A model generated the notes under the pieces. That model saw nothing but the letters and a program-made list of their open reading frames with translations. It ran no database searches and was not told where the DNA came from. This document shows positions 12,330 to 26,600 of a stretch of 64,000 nucleotides of DNA, one piece after another (position 1 is the stretch's first letter; each line of letters opens with the position of its first letter). The DNA is from Flectonema sp. DT1601 (Eukaryota), in NCBI GenBank assembly GCA_964019425.1, contig OZ025795.1:930001-994000 (forward strand), read 5' to 3'. Both the position numbers and the translations under genes were made by a program.

Positions 12330-14416
12330 GCAGAAAAAAAAGTAATGCTCAAAAAAACTCGCAGCTAAGTGAAGGAAGCAGTTTGCCCATCGCTGTAGTG
12401 AAACAGCGAGTGACAAATCCCTAATAAGGAAGGAAGGCGAATTCGCACAAGTTTTTAGCTTTGCTCTCTGCTGACACTCGGAATACATGGATTCCAAACC
12501 TCATAACACATTGCACTTGCTATTGCTTGAACAAATTCGAGGCATGGTTTACTTTGAAAAGGACTGCTGCTTAAGACGATGCAATGACGGTGCACTGCAC
12601 GAAATTAAAAGCGTTGTTTATCATTACAGCCAACGACCTTTTGATCCAACTGAGATAATCGCGCGCGGTGTAGCTCCCATGATATTGAGAATTACACAGG
12701 GAAGCGAGCCCTAAAAACAAAGATAAACAGGAAGGAAAAAAAAAAAAAAAAGAAAAAAAAAATAGAACGCAGCGTGAATTACATAGAGCATATTAATTAA
12801 AATAATTTAAAAAAAAAAAGAAATTTTTCCCTTTTCCTTTTTTATTCAGTTGTGTATAAGGTATCAGTAAGTGATACGGGCAGTCCCGATGCCCTAATTG
12901 GCGTAAAATGCTCTTTTTTTCAGAGCATCGGAGACAGCTGATGAAACGCTTTATTTTATCTTTTTAGAAACAAAATAAAATGTTTAAAAAAGGTAACGGA
13001 TGAAAGGAAGAGATATTTGAAAGGATTTTAATATATTTTTTTTCAATACATAGAATCATAATAGGAAACACACACGAGATCTAACAGCAATTTTTGCATT
13101 AGCGGAGTCGCTCACAGAATATATTGTGGCGATAAGACTCCACTTTAGAACAAAAATATGAGGCGCCGTTCGACCACAAAAAAATAATCTCGTACGACAC
13201 GTGAGGGTGTGGTTAAGTTTTTTTATTCTTATTTTTTTTTGTTTTAGCTTTTTTCTAGCTCCGATTTCTTTTTTTTCCAGAGGTGCTGTAGGGTGTTTAG
13301 CAAAACAAATTGTTGTCGTCCGCCATTCCGATCTCGGTGTTGCTATGGACCGAGACATTGCGTCTCGGATCAAGTCAAGGCAGCACCCAATAGCAGTCAG
13401 GAGAACGATTGCAGCGCCTGTTTGCCTCAAAGCGCTAGTATCGCTACCTCTTGCGAAGAAGTGCGATGCGTCACCCATGAAACCCAAAGAAGGAGAAAGA
13501 AAAAAGAAACAAAACCAAAAACAAAAACAAAAACAAACACAGCATGCAAGTCTTTGCCAGGAATATCTGTTTTGCAAGAAACGATTAATAAGCTTGGAAG
13601 TATCTCAAATGAATTACCACGTTGGCCAAGCTAGGCTCAAAACTTGACGATACACTCTGGCAAATGGAGCGACTCGGTATTACAAAGGAGGTTCATCTGC
13701 AATTTTAAAAAAAAAAAAAAAAAAAAAAACTAACTAACTAACTATATTAAAAATTTAAAAATTTTAAAAAGCATTTTATTTGCTATTATTATTTATTCAA
13801 ACAGAATAAACTCTATGAACAAAAAAAAAAAAAAAAAAAAAGAGAATAATTAATTCTTGTTAATGTAATCCAAAAACCTTTCTTTTTAAATGTAACTAAA
13901 AAAAAAAAAAAAAAAAAAAATGCGTGCTACAACTTAATTATAAGGAAAGGCTCATTTGATTAACTTTTTTTCGACAACTACTGGGAAAAAAAGGGGGAAA
14001 ACAAAAACAAAAAAAAATTAGGAAAAACTATAGGAAAAAAATTCATAAAAAAAAGGTTTGTCAACAATTTACAAAGGCAAAAAAAAAATTCCCCAACAAG
14101 TTACACTACATTATAATGAAAACTTCAGAAGACCGCAAGGAGAGAGAGCACATGCGAGGTAAATAAAAAACAAAAAAAGGGAAAGGCAATACAGAGCATT
14201 GCAAAAAAAAGGTTGAAAAACGCATCCCCATGCAGCGAAGAGGAGCTCTGAGAGAGAGAGAGAGAAACAGACGACTCATCGCAGCTAGCAGATTGCGGTT
14301 TTTTATTTTTTTTTAAATTTCATTCGTTTCCCCTTACGTTTCATTTTCTTATGTGCGAAAAAATAGGAAGAAAAAAAAAGAAGAAGAATAGGAGGAAAAA
14401 CATTATTAAAGAGGAG

Positions 14417-14443
14417 GAAGAAGAAGAAGAAGAAGAAGAAGAA
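14417..14443. repeat. (GAA)n microsatellite
   Basis: Directly visible trinucleotide run. Confidence 0.9.
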
Positions 14444-17400
14444 GGTAAAAAAAAAAAAAAAAAAAAAAAGGTCAACCATGCCATCATAACACCGCCCCAA
14501 ATAGTATAAAAGGGCTACATATCTAAGTAATATAATACACAAGTCCCTTCCGTTAAGAAACACATAAGCATTTTTCAAACGGGGGCCGAAAAGTTGCTTG
14601 TATGAGTCTGGAAACAAGAAAAGCCCCCCTCGTCTCACAGACAAGTTTTTTTTAATAATAAAGATATAGCTCACTTACTACGAAAGATGAAACCGCAGGG
14701 GTACAAAAACTGTGAGATCAATTGAACTGAAAGGTGGAATGAAAGATGATCATTTACTCACCGATCAGCGAATATTAAATAATCGCACTCTAAGGAAGAA
14801 AAGATGTCTTTAAAAAGAAATATGTGGATGAAAAAATCCTTTAGGGGTTGGTAAAAACAGCTATAAAAGAAAATAGCTGAAGGGTATTTCTTAAAAAAAA
14901 AAAAAAAAAAATAACAAGTTATGACCCAAAATACACCCAACAAAAAGGTTGGTCTCAACCTGTCCGACGCTTGCGATGCGCCTCTACTATTTTAAGAAGC
15001 ACACTCCGAACCCTTATAGTTGTATGAGTAAATCCCGGTCACAAGTCGGAAACAGGTGTCTCTATCCGAAATTTGTGAGACCCTTCCCCATCCACAGGTC
15101 ACACAGGTTCGGTGTATTTTGGGGCCATAACCCAAAAAAAAAAAAAGATTGGGAAGGCAACAAACACAGTTTACGTAGCTCAACTATCTCATAAAGAAGT
15201 AAAGGTACTTTGCCACAACAATTTTTTTTTCTTTTCTTTTTTTTTTCCTCTTTGGTTTAGTATAAATAATTCACTATATCCACGAGACTCTTTCCATTAT
15301 TCACCTCCGACAGTTTGCCAAGAGGATTGCAAAATACGTTAAAAGCCGAACGCGTTTTTTTTTTTTTTTTTTTTTTTTTTTTCATATCGATAAGAACTTT
15401 AAAAAAAAAAAAAAAAAAAAAAAAACCCTATCACATACGGCTTTCCTCGTTTAATTTGCACATTTATTCGAACAAGGGGGGTCTTGCGCGGATACTCATA
15501 TTTAGGGTTTTAGAGCGTCACATATAAAAGAAAAGAAGAACAGGAAATCTTCTTCATCACCGTTCAACCCAAGTTAGGCACTACGACAGACTTTTGAAGC
15601 TCAACGTAACTTGAGGTTTCTTTCTTTTTTGGAACCTATAACAAAAATAGATGAAAACGGGTTAAAAAAAGAATGAATTTTAGAAGGGGGAAAATGCTTC
15701 GTAGTTTTTACCCACCAACTATCTAATCGTGATGCTTGCTCCAACACGCCTGCGATAAGTGTACAGCAGAGACAAAATAGAATCTCGCAAAAAAATAAAA
15801 AAAATAAGTGGTTTCTTTATAACATCCGCACCAACAGTACAGGAATTCCTGATGAGGTTCGAGAACATCGATGACTTTTCCGATACGAAGGGAAAAAAAC
15901 GCAGCATACAGTATACGATGCCGTTAGTCTTCTTTCTGACATACCAAAGACAAAAGCAACATTGTTGTTAATATTTTTTTTTTTTGTTCTTTTCTTTGTT
16001 TTTTTTTCCCAAAATCTTAGTTGCTTCTTAAAGATAATGAACAAGCACAAAGCCTCTCGACAGAGAACATGAGAATGAAAACAGAAATTTTTTCCCATTT
16101 TTTTTTTTTTTTTTATTTACTGATGAACAAAAAAAAAAAAAAAAAAAAAAAAATTGAATATTATGGGACATGAGGATGATATCAAAGGAGACGGGAAGGA
16201 AAAACAAAACCAAAAAAGAAATTATTCATTACTCTGCGGGGCAAAAAGAAGGGGAGGGGGGGAAAAAAAGAAAGAAAAAAAAGGAAAAAACTCATACAAT
16301 AATTCTTACCCATGGCATTGCGAAGAGCGATGAAAGTGAAATCGTTCACAAGTAGCCTTCCTGATTCTGTAGTGAAATCCGTAAGAACCCTCCCACTCGC
16401 GGGTACTAATTGCAGATAGTGAATGCTTGCTGTGATGGGGGTTTCTTCAGCCTGCAAAAAACAAAAATAAAAAAAAACAAAAATATAAAATAACCAACAG
16501 TTTGTCAGCTATTATTTTTTGAAGGTGGAATTAAAAGTTTCAAAAAAAAATCAGCACAGCAGAAGATTCCTGACCACCACAACATGTACAATTATGCCTC
16601 CCAACGAGAGGTCGCAATCACCGGTGAACAAACTGGCCCACTATTAGAAAACAATAAGCTACATTTGGTACCGTGCGACGCAGCTTCTTACGAGTTTCAT
16701 ACAGTCCGAACGGCACAACACATCGGTGAGGATTTTTATTTTTGCAAATTTTTGTTTTTTGTTTTTTGTTTCTTTCCAGAGGAATTGAGCAGTCAATCCA
16801 CTCTTTTTACTTTACTAACACCCTTCTTCCTTATATATATTTTCATTTTGTATATTTGTTGTGCGGAAAGTTCTTATTTTCTTTTTAGTACTGCTGTTAA
16901 ACAGGGGGGCGCTTTAGAGAGAGAGGCGGGAAGCATCGCACCAGTTCTTATGCATTCAACAAAATCAGTGAACGCATTTTCCTTTCTTTAGTTTATTTGT
17001 TTCACAAGCATCCATTAACAATCCCGGGGGGGAAAAAAAAAATGGGGAACGGCACACGTAAGGATGCTCTTATTTCAATGCTCACGAAGTACTACTTTTT
17101 TAATTCAATCGCTATCAATGTATCTCACAACGAACAGTAATCGTGAGGAAGCTAACAAGAATAGTTATTTTGAATTCAAGGTTTTTTAACGAAAAATACC
17201 AGCGCCAAAAAAAGAAAAAGGAGGAGGGGGGGGAAAAAAACCAGCTAGGTAGTAATGATGTTTTCGGTTTTTCACAAATTAATACCACTCAAAGTTTGGA
17301 CACCATGCTTGGCTTCAAACAAGATACACACAAAAAAAAACAAAAACTACGATTATGGAGTACACAAGTATACCCGGGAAGATACATATGTTACGGACGA

Positions 17401-18823
17401 ACGCCAATTGGAATCACGCTTTCTACTGCGTACCAAGATGAAACTTGGGATATGACACGTTAAAATGGAAAATGAGGGGAAAAATCGTTGCTTGACACAA
17501 CTTAATGTTTACTACTTTTTTTTTTTTTTTTTTTTTTGTAACGAGCGCAAGTATGAACATCTCACCGAACGGATACTATGAAGGGAAGACTTGGTAAAAA
17601 AAAAAGGGTGGAGGAAAAAAAAAAAAAAAAAAAAAAAAAATCAACATAAAGAAAACAAAAAAGAAAGTGCTGATAATAATTACACTCTATGATCTGTTTG
17701 TGCACGAAATGTGAATCGGGAGACTTGAAACTCCGGAAAAAGAAAAATAAAAAAAATATATATAAAAAAAAAATAAGTAAATGAAAGTCAATATTGCTTC
17801 CTGTTTGTTACACTAGTTCAGATACTAGAATTGTGTGATGATTAACGATTAATTAAAATGAATTGTACCGCTCACTACACGTTGACGCTAAGCTAGCTTC
17901 AACTTTTCGACTACGTGCTGCGCAGTTGGGTCTCCATCTTTCCAAAAGAAATTGGGTTCTGCTGAAGGAAAAGGGAAAAAAAAAATGAATGTGGTGAGGA
18001 CTTTTTTTTTTTTTTTTTTTTTTTTTGCATTAGTAATTTAGTTAAATTTGCAATAAAAAATGAGTAAAGAAAAAGACAAAAAAAACAACAACAAAAAAAT
18101 AATAAAATTGGGAAAGGTTTTTCGAAACGTTGGCCAACAAACTACCAATTCCCTGCATATCCGAGGGCATGAAAATACAGTGATCGCGACATTACAAAAT
18201 AATTTTTATCGTTTTTTTTTTTTTTTTTTTGGGGAAGAGAGGAGGGGAAACGAAAGCAACAAGATGATGAACAAAAAACACTTGTTAAATAACATCCCTA
18301 CTTCCTAAGGAAGTACCACTTGGGTAAAGATGAAAAAAGAATTGGCTTTATCTTCAACTATACAGAAAATAATGATATAACAACTGTGATATTTTGTTTG
18401 TGCACGAAACCGTGAACCGACTTAAACTGATAAAGGAGGTTTACGTGTGCTGCCAACATTCTTTTTCGTTCTTACAATACTTGTTAAATGCAAAAAAAAA
18501 AGTTCCAGTAATAAATATCCTACTTCTTTTTTAAACCTGCTTTTATTTTTTATTATTTTTTTTTTTTAATTGTTTGTTATTATTATGATTGCGTTGTATT
18601 CACACAAACAGAAAAAAAAAAAGATGGGGAAAAAAAACAGCAAAAGTGATTTGCAAAAAAAGCTCTCTGCAAAGAACAACTGATGTCGTTTTTTTTTTTT
18701 CTTTTCCTTTCTTTTTTTTTTTTTTTTTGCTTGTTTGTTTGCATTCTTGGAACTGATAAGCATTGGTCGTTTTTCACGAGACTATCACCAGCTGGGAACT
18801 TTTGTGATCATTCGCACAAACAA

Positions 18824-20698
18824 TATATTAGTCATTCCAAAAATAACCGTCCATTTTAGGGTTCCAGTATTTCATGGGTGAAAATAGGGAGTAAAACTTA
18901 AAACCGAATACCCATTTTAATCGCTTTTGCACCGCTGATTTCATTCCCGCTGCGATTCAAAAAAATGCAGCTAAAATTCAAAAAAATTGTGACATTTTTG
19001 TGTGGTGAAAATTTTGAATAATGGAACTGTTGATGTCTAATCGGCTGCCCCGGGTGCTAAAATGAAAGATCGGTATATGGTTCTATATCCGGCCGTACCT
19101 GGTCGGATGTTTTACTCTGAAACAGTTACAAAGGCTGCTCGAAGCAAAACAGTACCTTGTATATCTTACACTACACTTAGCCTATTTTTATTTTTGATTA
19201 GGCTTAGCTCTTTTGGCAACTTTTACTGCTGGCTTTCTTCGTTTTCCTACCGGCAATGAACCGATAATAGAACTAGTTGAACGCAGCGATCTGAAACTGG
19301 AACTAGAACTAGATTCACTAACAGAGCAAGAGCCAGTAGAAGACTCACCAGAATCTGAGGTGGGTTCAGTTGTTTCTGAAATAGACTCACTCTCAGTGTT
19401 GGTAGCAGGTGAAAGTTGGCTCGCACCAACCCCCACATTTGGATCATCTTCATCAATCGGTACAAAGCAGCCAGCAGGATTTTGCCTTGGGATAGAATAA
19501 GTTCAACGGCCTGCATTGGTTGCAGTGGCCAAAGAAGCAGTTGTAAGACGGGTCTCGACATAGTATGAGTGGTAGGTCACTCAAGCGGGTTAGCTGAAAT
19601 CTTCTCAGGCCCACAAGTCTCATATAAGCAGGAAGGATAAGTGCAATTTGCATGTGCCACCTACAACGGCATCGAGGGTTATTCGGACAAGATTTGACAT
19701 GAGCAGGCCTTTTGTCACAAAACAGAGCATATGAGATAGCTGTGTGAGTTCTGCAGAAGGCACTCCACAAAGCAAGGTATGGTTCTCTTACATAGAGGAC
19801 TGTCTCTTTACTTGTCTTGCCGGTTATGTAGTCTTTGCTGAGGACCACGCGGTTTGACTCAGGGCGTGCATTGGAAATCCAGAAGTTCCAGATATCTCTG
19901 TCTTGGCTGCGCTGCTTTACTGATTGGGAGGGATCGTGCTGTTCCAGCCTCTGTAGCTGCTTACGCATTGAAGAATCCCTGACATGGGCATTAATCTGGC
20001 TATCAGTGTAGCCTGGCGTGAAACAGAGTCTCAAAAACTGAGAACGGACAGCAGGAACTGATTCTTTCACGCGTTCAAAAATATCGGAGCGCGGTTCCGG
20101 ATTGATCGGCTCTGCAGGGATACTGACGGATGCGTAATGCGGATCACTAGTCAGCCTTTTTGCTCGCTGGTAGCAAGCGTTGCAGATTGAGCGCAGAGGA
20201 GCATACGCCGGGATTTCAAGACTACCGCGAAGTGGCTCAAGAAGCTTGTTGAACTTCGGATTCCATCTTTTCGCGTTAGTGTGCGAGGTGCAGTTGTAGT
20301 TGTCTGAGGAGCACTCAGCTGGCATCTCGTGGCACGTGTGACACTTCATTGAGAGAAGTTTAAGCTGGTGCTGAAGGGAATAATAAGTGTAGTTACGAGA
20401 AAAAATGCCAATCTCTGATGCATTTCCCTTTTTTTTCCAGAAAAAAATTAAATGCAGCAACAGGATTAACTTTTCCGTGGCGACAGTGACATTCTCTTAG
20501 TACCCATAACGCACCTGTCGGGTTCTAACGGTCAGTAAAAAAAGTGAAAAAAAAATAATCCCACCGCGTAAAATGAGAGATTGGGGCCGAACCTTTCCAC
20601 CTCGTAAAAAATCTCGAAAAATGGACGCATTTTTGACCAACGGCTGCTCGAAGCAAAACTGGTTTTCGCGGCCGGTTATTTTTGGAATGACTAATATA
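18824..20698 (-). mobile_element. TIR DNA transposon, internally deleted (non-autonomous), ~1.87 kb
   Basis: Perfect 26-bp inverted repeat TATATTAGTCATTCCAAAAATAACCG (18824-18849) and its reverse complement (20673-20698), including a TA or TATA target duplication. The interior is GC-richer and carries a transposase-like ORF. Confidence 0.85.
19188..20349 (-). pseudogene. Truncated transposase: Cys-rich N-terminal half joined out of frame to a Ser/acidic and basic C-terminal tail
   Basis: MKCHTCHE...ICNACY...ISYALFCDKRPAHV...CRCRWH...CRDPSYNCFFGHCNQC, then a frame change near 19500 into ...DEDDPNVG...SESSSS...GKRRKPAVKVAKRAKPNQK*. No DDE/D core is visible. It resembles Sola-like transposase N-termini (from memory, unverified). 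Confidence 0.6.
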
Positions 20699-23600
20699 AA
20701 AAAAAAACGTAAATAAAAAGAAATTAACGGAAAAATTATTGTGAAGTGCCCAAAACAACCCTGTCTATATCGACTGAGAACAAAAGAAACTCAGGACAGT
20801 AATTCAGAGTTGCTAATTTGCTTTTCCCTCATTGAAGGTTTTTTTTTTTTTTTTTTTTTTCCTCCACATTATTCGGCAACAAAGCACATAATCAGGAAAA
20901 AAAGTCAGCAGTGACTGGAGTCACCATACTCCCTTTTTGCGCAAGTTGCTTGTTCAATGATCTTACCTAAGGTTCAGTCCTCAAACCAACATAAAGAGTT
21001 GGTTAATGTTTTACTATAAAAATAATAGCACAAAATAAATAATTAATCAAAGGTTTTGGTATTAGCTACAATAGAGTCAATACAATAATAATAAAGTTAG
21101 AATATTTGAGTTTTTTTTTTTTTTTTTTATTGTAATTTGAAAATTACAATAAATTACAAAAATTTTACAAAAAAAAAAGGGAAAAAAAAAGGGGGGAAAA
21201 AAAAAATAGACTTACGAAAAATAAAATTATGAAAAGAAACATCAAATAAATTTGTTCTGCCGTTCCGTTCATTAAAATAACCAAAGTTAAGTCAGCCGAA
21301 GTCACTTTTTTTTTTTATTTCTTTAATTTTTTTTTTTTTTTCTCTCCTCCTTTAGATTTCACGAATGTAGGCAGCACGTGTTTAACTCAATTAAGATAAA
21401 TTTTATAAACAAAAATGTATACTCTCCTTTAAAAGAAAGAAAAAAAAAAACCTTAGGGAAAATTCCCAATGAAAATTGGTTTAAACCATTCATAAAACAG
21501 TAAAGAGGGGGAATATACGTCTGATTGCTTATGTCTCACCGCAAACCTTTCGTACTAAGAAGCACTTGATTTGGAGTATTAGTGTTGTCTGTGTCATCAA
21601 TCAAATTAAGAAATTAACACGTGCTGCCTTTATTCATTAACGAAAAGAAGAAAAAGAAAGAAACCTCCTTCTTCTGTTTTTTATTCTTAAAAAAAACAAA
21701 GGGTCATCTACAATCAGCTTTACTGAGTCAGGATGCAGTTTTCCCTTTTGACCGAAAGTGTAGAAAGAAAAACAGCAAAGTAACGAGTAAAGCAGAACTC
21801 TCGAAGTAAACAAAATGGTGTGTTGTATCAACATTACGTTTTTTTTTCTTTTTTTGTTTTTTTTTTTTTTTTTTTTTCTCCCGTTCTTTCTTTTCTATTT
21901 ATTTCCTTTTAGCATTTTCTTTTCCTTCTCTTCTCAAACAGAAGACGAAACAAAACAAAAGAATAAACAAGATGTGAGAAAAACAGTAATGAAAAAAAAA
22001 AAATCTTAATCAGCCTGTGGATTTGGCTATATATGTTTGCTTGCTTGCAAGAAAACGAAGCAAAAAAAAACAAAATAAATAAACATAATAAGCGAAAGCA
22101 CTATCCTCTTCGAAGGATATTAAAAAAAAAAAAAGGATTTCATTATTTGCTCTGCAACTCTCCAGTTTACGGCTATTCTTTTACCGCAAATCCTGAACCA
22201 GTGTAGTGACAGGTTCAACAAACCAATGATCATTATCCATATCGCAGGTTGCTCTCAAAAAAAGAAAGTTTCTGAGACACACTCGTTCACGGCACACGTT
22301 CTACTAGAAAGCATTATACACAGTACGTATGTTTTTTTTTTTTTTTTTTTTTAATTATTAATTGAAGTTGGTACATGACATACCCTCTAGAACACGCCCA
22401 CAACTACTATTGCGCGCATGTGCAATGCGCTTGTTAGGAGAGCTGCGACGTTTTTTTTTTTTTGTTTTTTTTTGTTTTTTTTTTTTGATTGTTTGTTGCT
22501 AGTTATCAAGGAATTCACCTTCTAAGAAAAATGACCACCTCGCACTGGCGAGACTCTCACCAGTTGTTAAAGAGTTTTGCGTGAACCCAATGCTAGCTGC
22601 ATACTATGAAGCAGGTAACAACATAGAATTTGATATAAAAAGAGAGAGTGTGTGACATGCCCTAATAAGACAAGCCATACTTCTTCTTGAACTATCGTCA
22701 AATAGAACTCCCAAGTAGGAAGTGGTAGTGTCACAACTACAAAGACAATCAAGAAATGAATAAACCATCGCAGAGATATTCCTAAGACGTGTTCCAGAGC
22801 TGAAATCAATGTCCTGAGCTTGAGTTGTCTTTCCAATGTGCTAGGATATGATTTCATTTCCTCACAAGTATAAAACAAAGCGTACAGGCACATTGCATGG
22901 ACAACGAAAAACAGGCGCAACCAGAAACTAAAAATTGCGAAAGGATAAATTGATACTTTTCTTGAGGTAGGAGCAGGGGGTAATTTGATACTGCATTTTT
23001 AAAAGTTGGGGGAAGAAGAAAAAAAGGGGGAAAAAAGAGATAAAAACGGGTTCGGTTCGTGAATTGTTACTCATTGCGCAAGCAGAAACTGGTTGCAAAA
23101 CATGATACAAATTAGCTCAACTAAACCAAACGTAAATTGATTACGCAATAATCGACGTCTCTGTTAAACTCAGAAGTACTTCTCTTGCTTATCTAAAACA
23201 AGAAGAAAGGGGAAGAAAAAAGAAGGGAATTTGACGTGTGACAACTGCACCACAAGAGAGAGCTTCCTTTAGGATGTGGACACTTGCGGCAGTATTCCTA
23301 CCATTTCGTTTTTTCATTCTTCATCGGCTACCTCTACAGAAGGTGGAAGAACGAGCCTGCATTTTAGAGGTACGATGATCCCTTCGTATCCAGACGAAGA
23401 GAAAAAGAGCGCAGGAGTGCCGCAGGAGTGCCGCTGCCACGCAAGTCTCTAATTGCAGGTAGCAGAACGCAAGTTTCTAAGTAAAAAAAATATGAAAAAA
23501 GTAGGGAAATTAAGTGGAATAAGATGAAAAGAAATAACATCATTTCTACCTACTAGCGAATCTCACCTCGATTATAATAGTTAGGAAGTAAATCTGACTC

Positions 23601-26600
23601 ACCTTATGGTAGGTGCTCTTTTTGTGTGTGGGAAGAGAAAAAAAAAATGGGCAAAAAAAAAAAAAAAAGGTAAATTGATACTTTAAAAAAAGGAGGAAAA
23701 AAAAAAAAAAGAAGAAAAAAAAAAAAAAACAGAGCTAGGAACTATATCTTCTGGTGCACCATAAGATGGCACGTCAATGTAATTAAAATAGCAAAAATTA
23801 CTTCTAGCCCTTGTTGAATTTTAAAATATTATTTGAATTTAGAAAAACTATTTTCCCTAGGCAGTTATCGCCTTAAGTACCCTCTTTGTACTCGAGATGT
23901 TATGAAGCGATTCAACTGAAAGGAATAGAAATTGCAAGTTGAAACTAGAAAGTAGTAAGAAGCACTCCACAGAGATACATGAAAATTCATCACTTCTGAA
24001 AAAAGGTGAAAAAGAGTTTTTAGGGAAAAAGTTGTACTGAGTGCAATAGAGAGTCATCACAGCTTTTAGCCGGAGATGAAAAATAATAAAATAATAAAAC
24101 ACGTCAAGTGATTTGTGCACGGACCACATGCCAATCTTTCAAACTAATAGGGTAAAAAGAATCGGAGGCTTACGTGCTACAAACCTTTCTTTTTTTTTTG
24201 ACAACGTGTATATCAAAGTGAGGGGGGGAAGGCAAAAAAGGGGGTGAGAAACCATGACGCATCTGTAATTTAAGCAGTCTTCCCGGATGAGTAACAGGTG
24301 TACCCAAAAACAACAAAAATTCACTGTAATCCCTCATTCAACATTGCACATTCACGCTCTCTACTTTTTTTTTTTCTTTTCTTCTTTCTTTCTTTTTTTT
24401 TCTGTTTTTGTTTCTTTTTAATTGACCATCGCACACAAATGAAGTACCGCAAACACTTTTTTTTTTTTAAAAATTTTTTTTTAAAAAGAATATTTTGTTT
24501 CCATTTGGGATATAGTTAAATAATAACAGTGAATTATAACATCGCATAGTTTGATGTAAACAATAAAATCAATGAGCTTTAACATACAGAAACACAGCCG
24601 AAAATAATTAATAAGGAGGAAGAAGAAAAAAGAGGAAAAAAAAAAACACAAAGAACTGGGTAGAGGAGGGAAAGAAAACAAAAAAATCGGCTCAACTCCC
24701 CCCCTCCTGGCGATAACAAAAAGAAAAGCACCCCAGCAATAAGGGGACGGGGTTTTTTTTTTTATTTTGTATTATTCACCAGTGTACGGGGGATTTAAAA
24801 GGACAACCGTTGTCAGAAATCCTTATCACACGAGATGGTATATTGCTGCTACTCGTTACTTTCTAAGTATAAGAAAAGGGACGAACTCATGAGAGTAAAC
24901 AAAGGACAATAATTACACAACTCAGTCTTCATTCGCAAAGAAAACTTCGGGGAAAGTTTGCAAAAAAAAATGGAAAAAAAAACGCACAAGCTGGAGATGT
25001 GGGGGTGAAAACGAAATAAGGATACAAGAGTGGGATAAGGGCTACCCCACTCTTAGAAAAATTTGTGTTGAATAAGTTTGGATTAGTTCTGCAAAACAAA
25101 ACGAGAAAAAGAGAGGGAAAATGTGCAATGTTCCGATGCTGGAACAAAGTGATCGCAACTAGATGTTCACGACCAGGCATGAGCGATCCTCTAAGGGGTT
25201 TTCCCCGCTTTCGGGGCCCAAGAATCAACGCTAAAAGCGAGAATTGCAAACCTATCCAAACTCGCGGCGTCATGAAAAAGGGGGGGGAATTGGAATTGAT
25301 TTTTTTATTTTTTTTACGGAAATAAATTCCGACGTAAAAAAAAAAATTTCTCCTCCTTCAGGGGAAGACGTAAGGTTCTTCTCGCCTTGCAAAACTAACC
25401 CGGGGACGAGAGACACTTTTTTTGGGGAAAACCCCAACATATTTTTTTTTATTTTTTTCCCGTTTGCCCTTTTCGGGTTTTTCAGGTTAATTTTGGAAAA
25501 CTTTTTCTACCAGCACCCCCTTTGAGTTCTTTGCGAATGCGAATCTTGACTTGAATCTTTTTGTTGTTGTCGAAAATAAACGAATTTACCTAAAATACCT
25601 TTTCATTACTGCTCCCAACGCAGGATGAGGAAAAACATCTGTCCGCTAAGAATGTACGGAGGGACATTCCTTTTTTTCTTTTTTTTCGTTCTCCATTCAC
25701 CCTAAACGGGAGATTGGGAGGGGAGTGGGGTTTTTTTTTTTTTATTTTTCCTTCCACGAAGGAAGACACCGTTGCAAGAAGCAAGGCGATTGCAGGAGCA
25801 AGGGGGTAAAGCAAAATAATACCACAACACCGGAATGTCCGGTGTGGCGAATCTGAAAGACCTAACGATGAAAGGCACCTGAGGCTTTTTCAAGCACACA
25901 CAAATTTTAGAAGGAGTGAGGCATGCATAAAACAAAAGGAGAGTGCATCAAATACTTGTCGCGAAGGGTTTTTTTTTTTTTTTTTTTTTCCCTCAAAGCT
26001 TTTCTCAAGTGTATAACACAATAAGAGAAAAAGAGATATAAAAAAAAGAAGGGAAAAAAAAAATGCACATTAGAGCAGGAAGTTGTTATTTTTTTTATTT
26101 TTTATATTTTTTTTAAAAAGGAAACGAGAGATGTCAAATAAATAGGAAAACTTGAGCAGCAATTAAGTTGTAAAGTAAGATAAGAGTCGTCACAGAGTAT
26201 GGGGATATGAATAACAAACGACAAAAGTAAGTAGCTTCCACAAACAATGCTAAACAGCTAAGTTCACGGTAACGAAGAATTATAATCGATACCGTATAGT
26301 TTTATTTTTTTTTTTTTTTTTTTTTTTTTGTTCCACCATCTCCGAAACTCAAGGATCTAAAAAGCTTACTAAATGTGAGTGCGATGTGCGCAAAATGCAG
26401 CACCATCAAGGGCTATTGCCCCCCTACCTTGTGCGCAACCGTCCGGATCGGCCACCAGAGAATTTTTTTTACTACCAAACAAATAAAGAAGAAAAAAGAA
26501 ATTATAATAACACCGTCATTGAATAGGATTATTGAATTTCCTTTCAAGAATCTTTTCTTTTTTTTTTTTTTTTTTTTTTTGATAAATTGCAAATCACTTT

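Noticed and set aside
13270..13480. QIVVVRHSD resembling a histidine-phosphatase RHG motif
   Set aside because: The Gly is missing, it is on the opposite strand to the cluster, it is bounded by homopolymers and there are no further motifs.
25189..25526. Possible MITE bounded by CTCTAAGGGG / CCCCTTTGAG
   Set aside because: Only a 10-bp imperfect inverted match and no TSD; could be chance.
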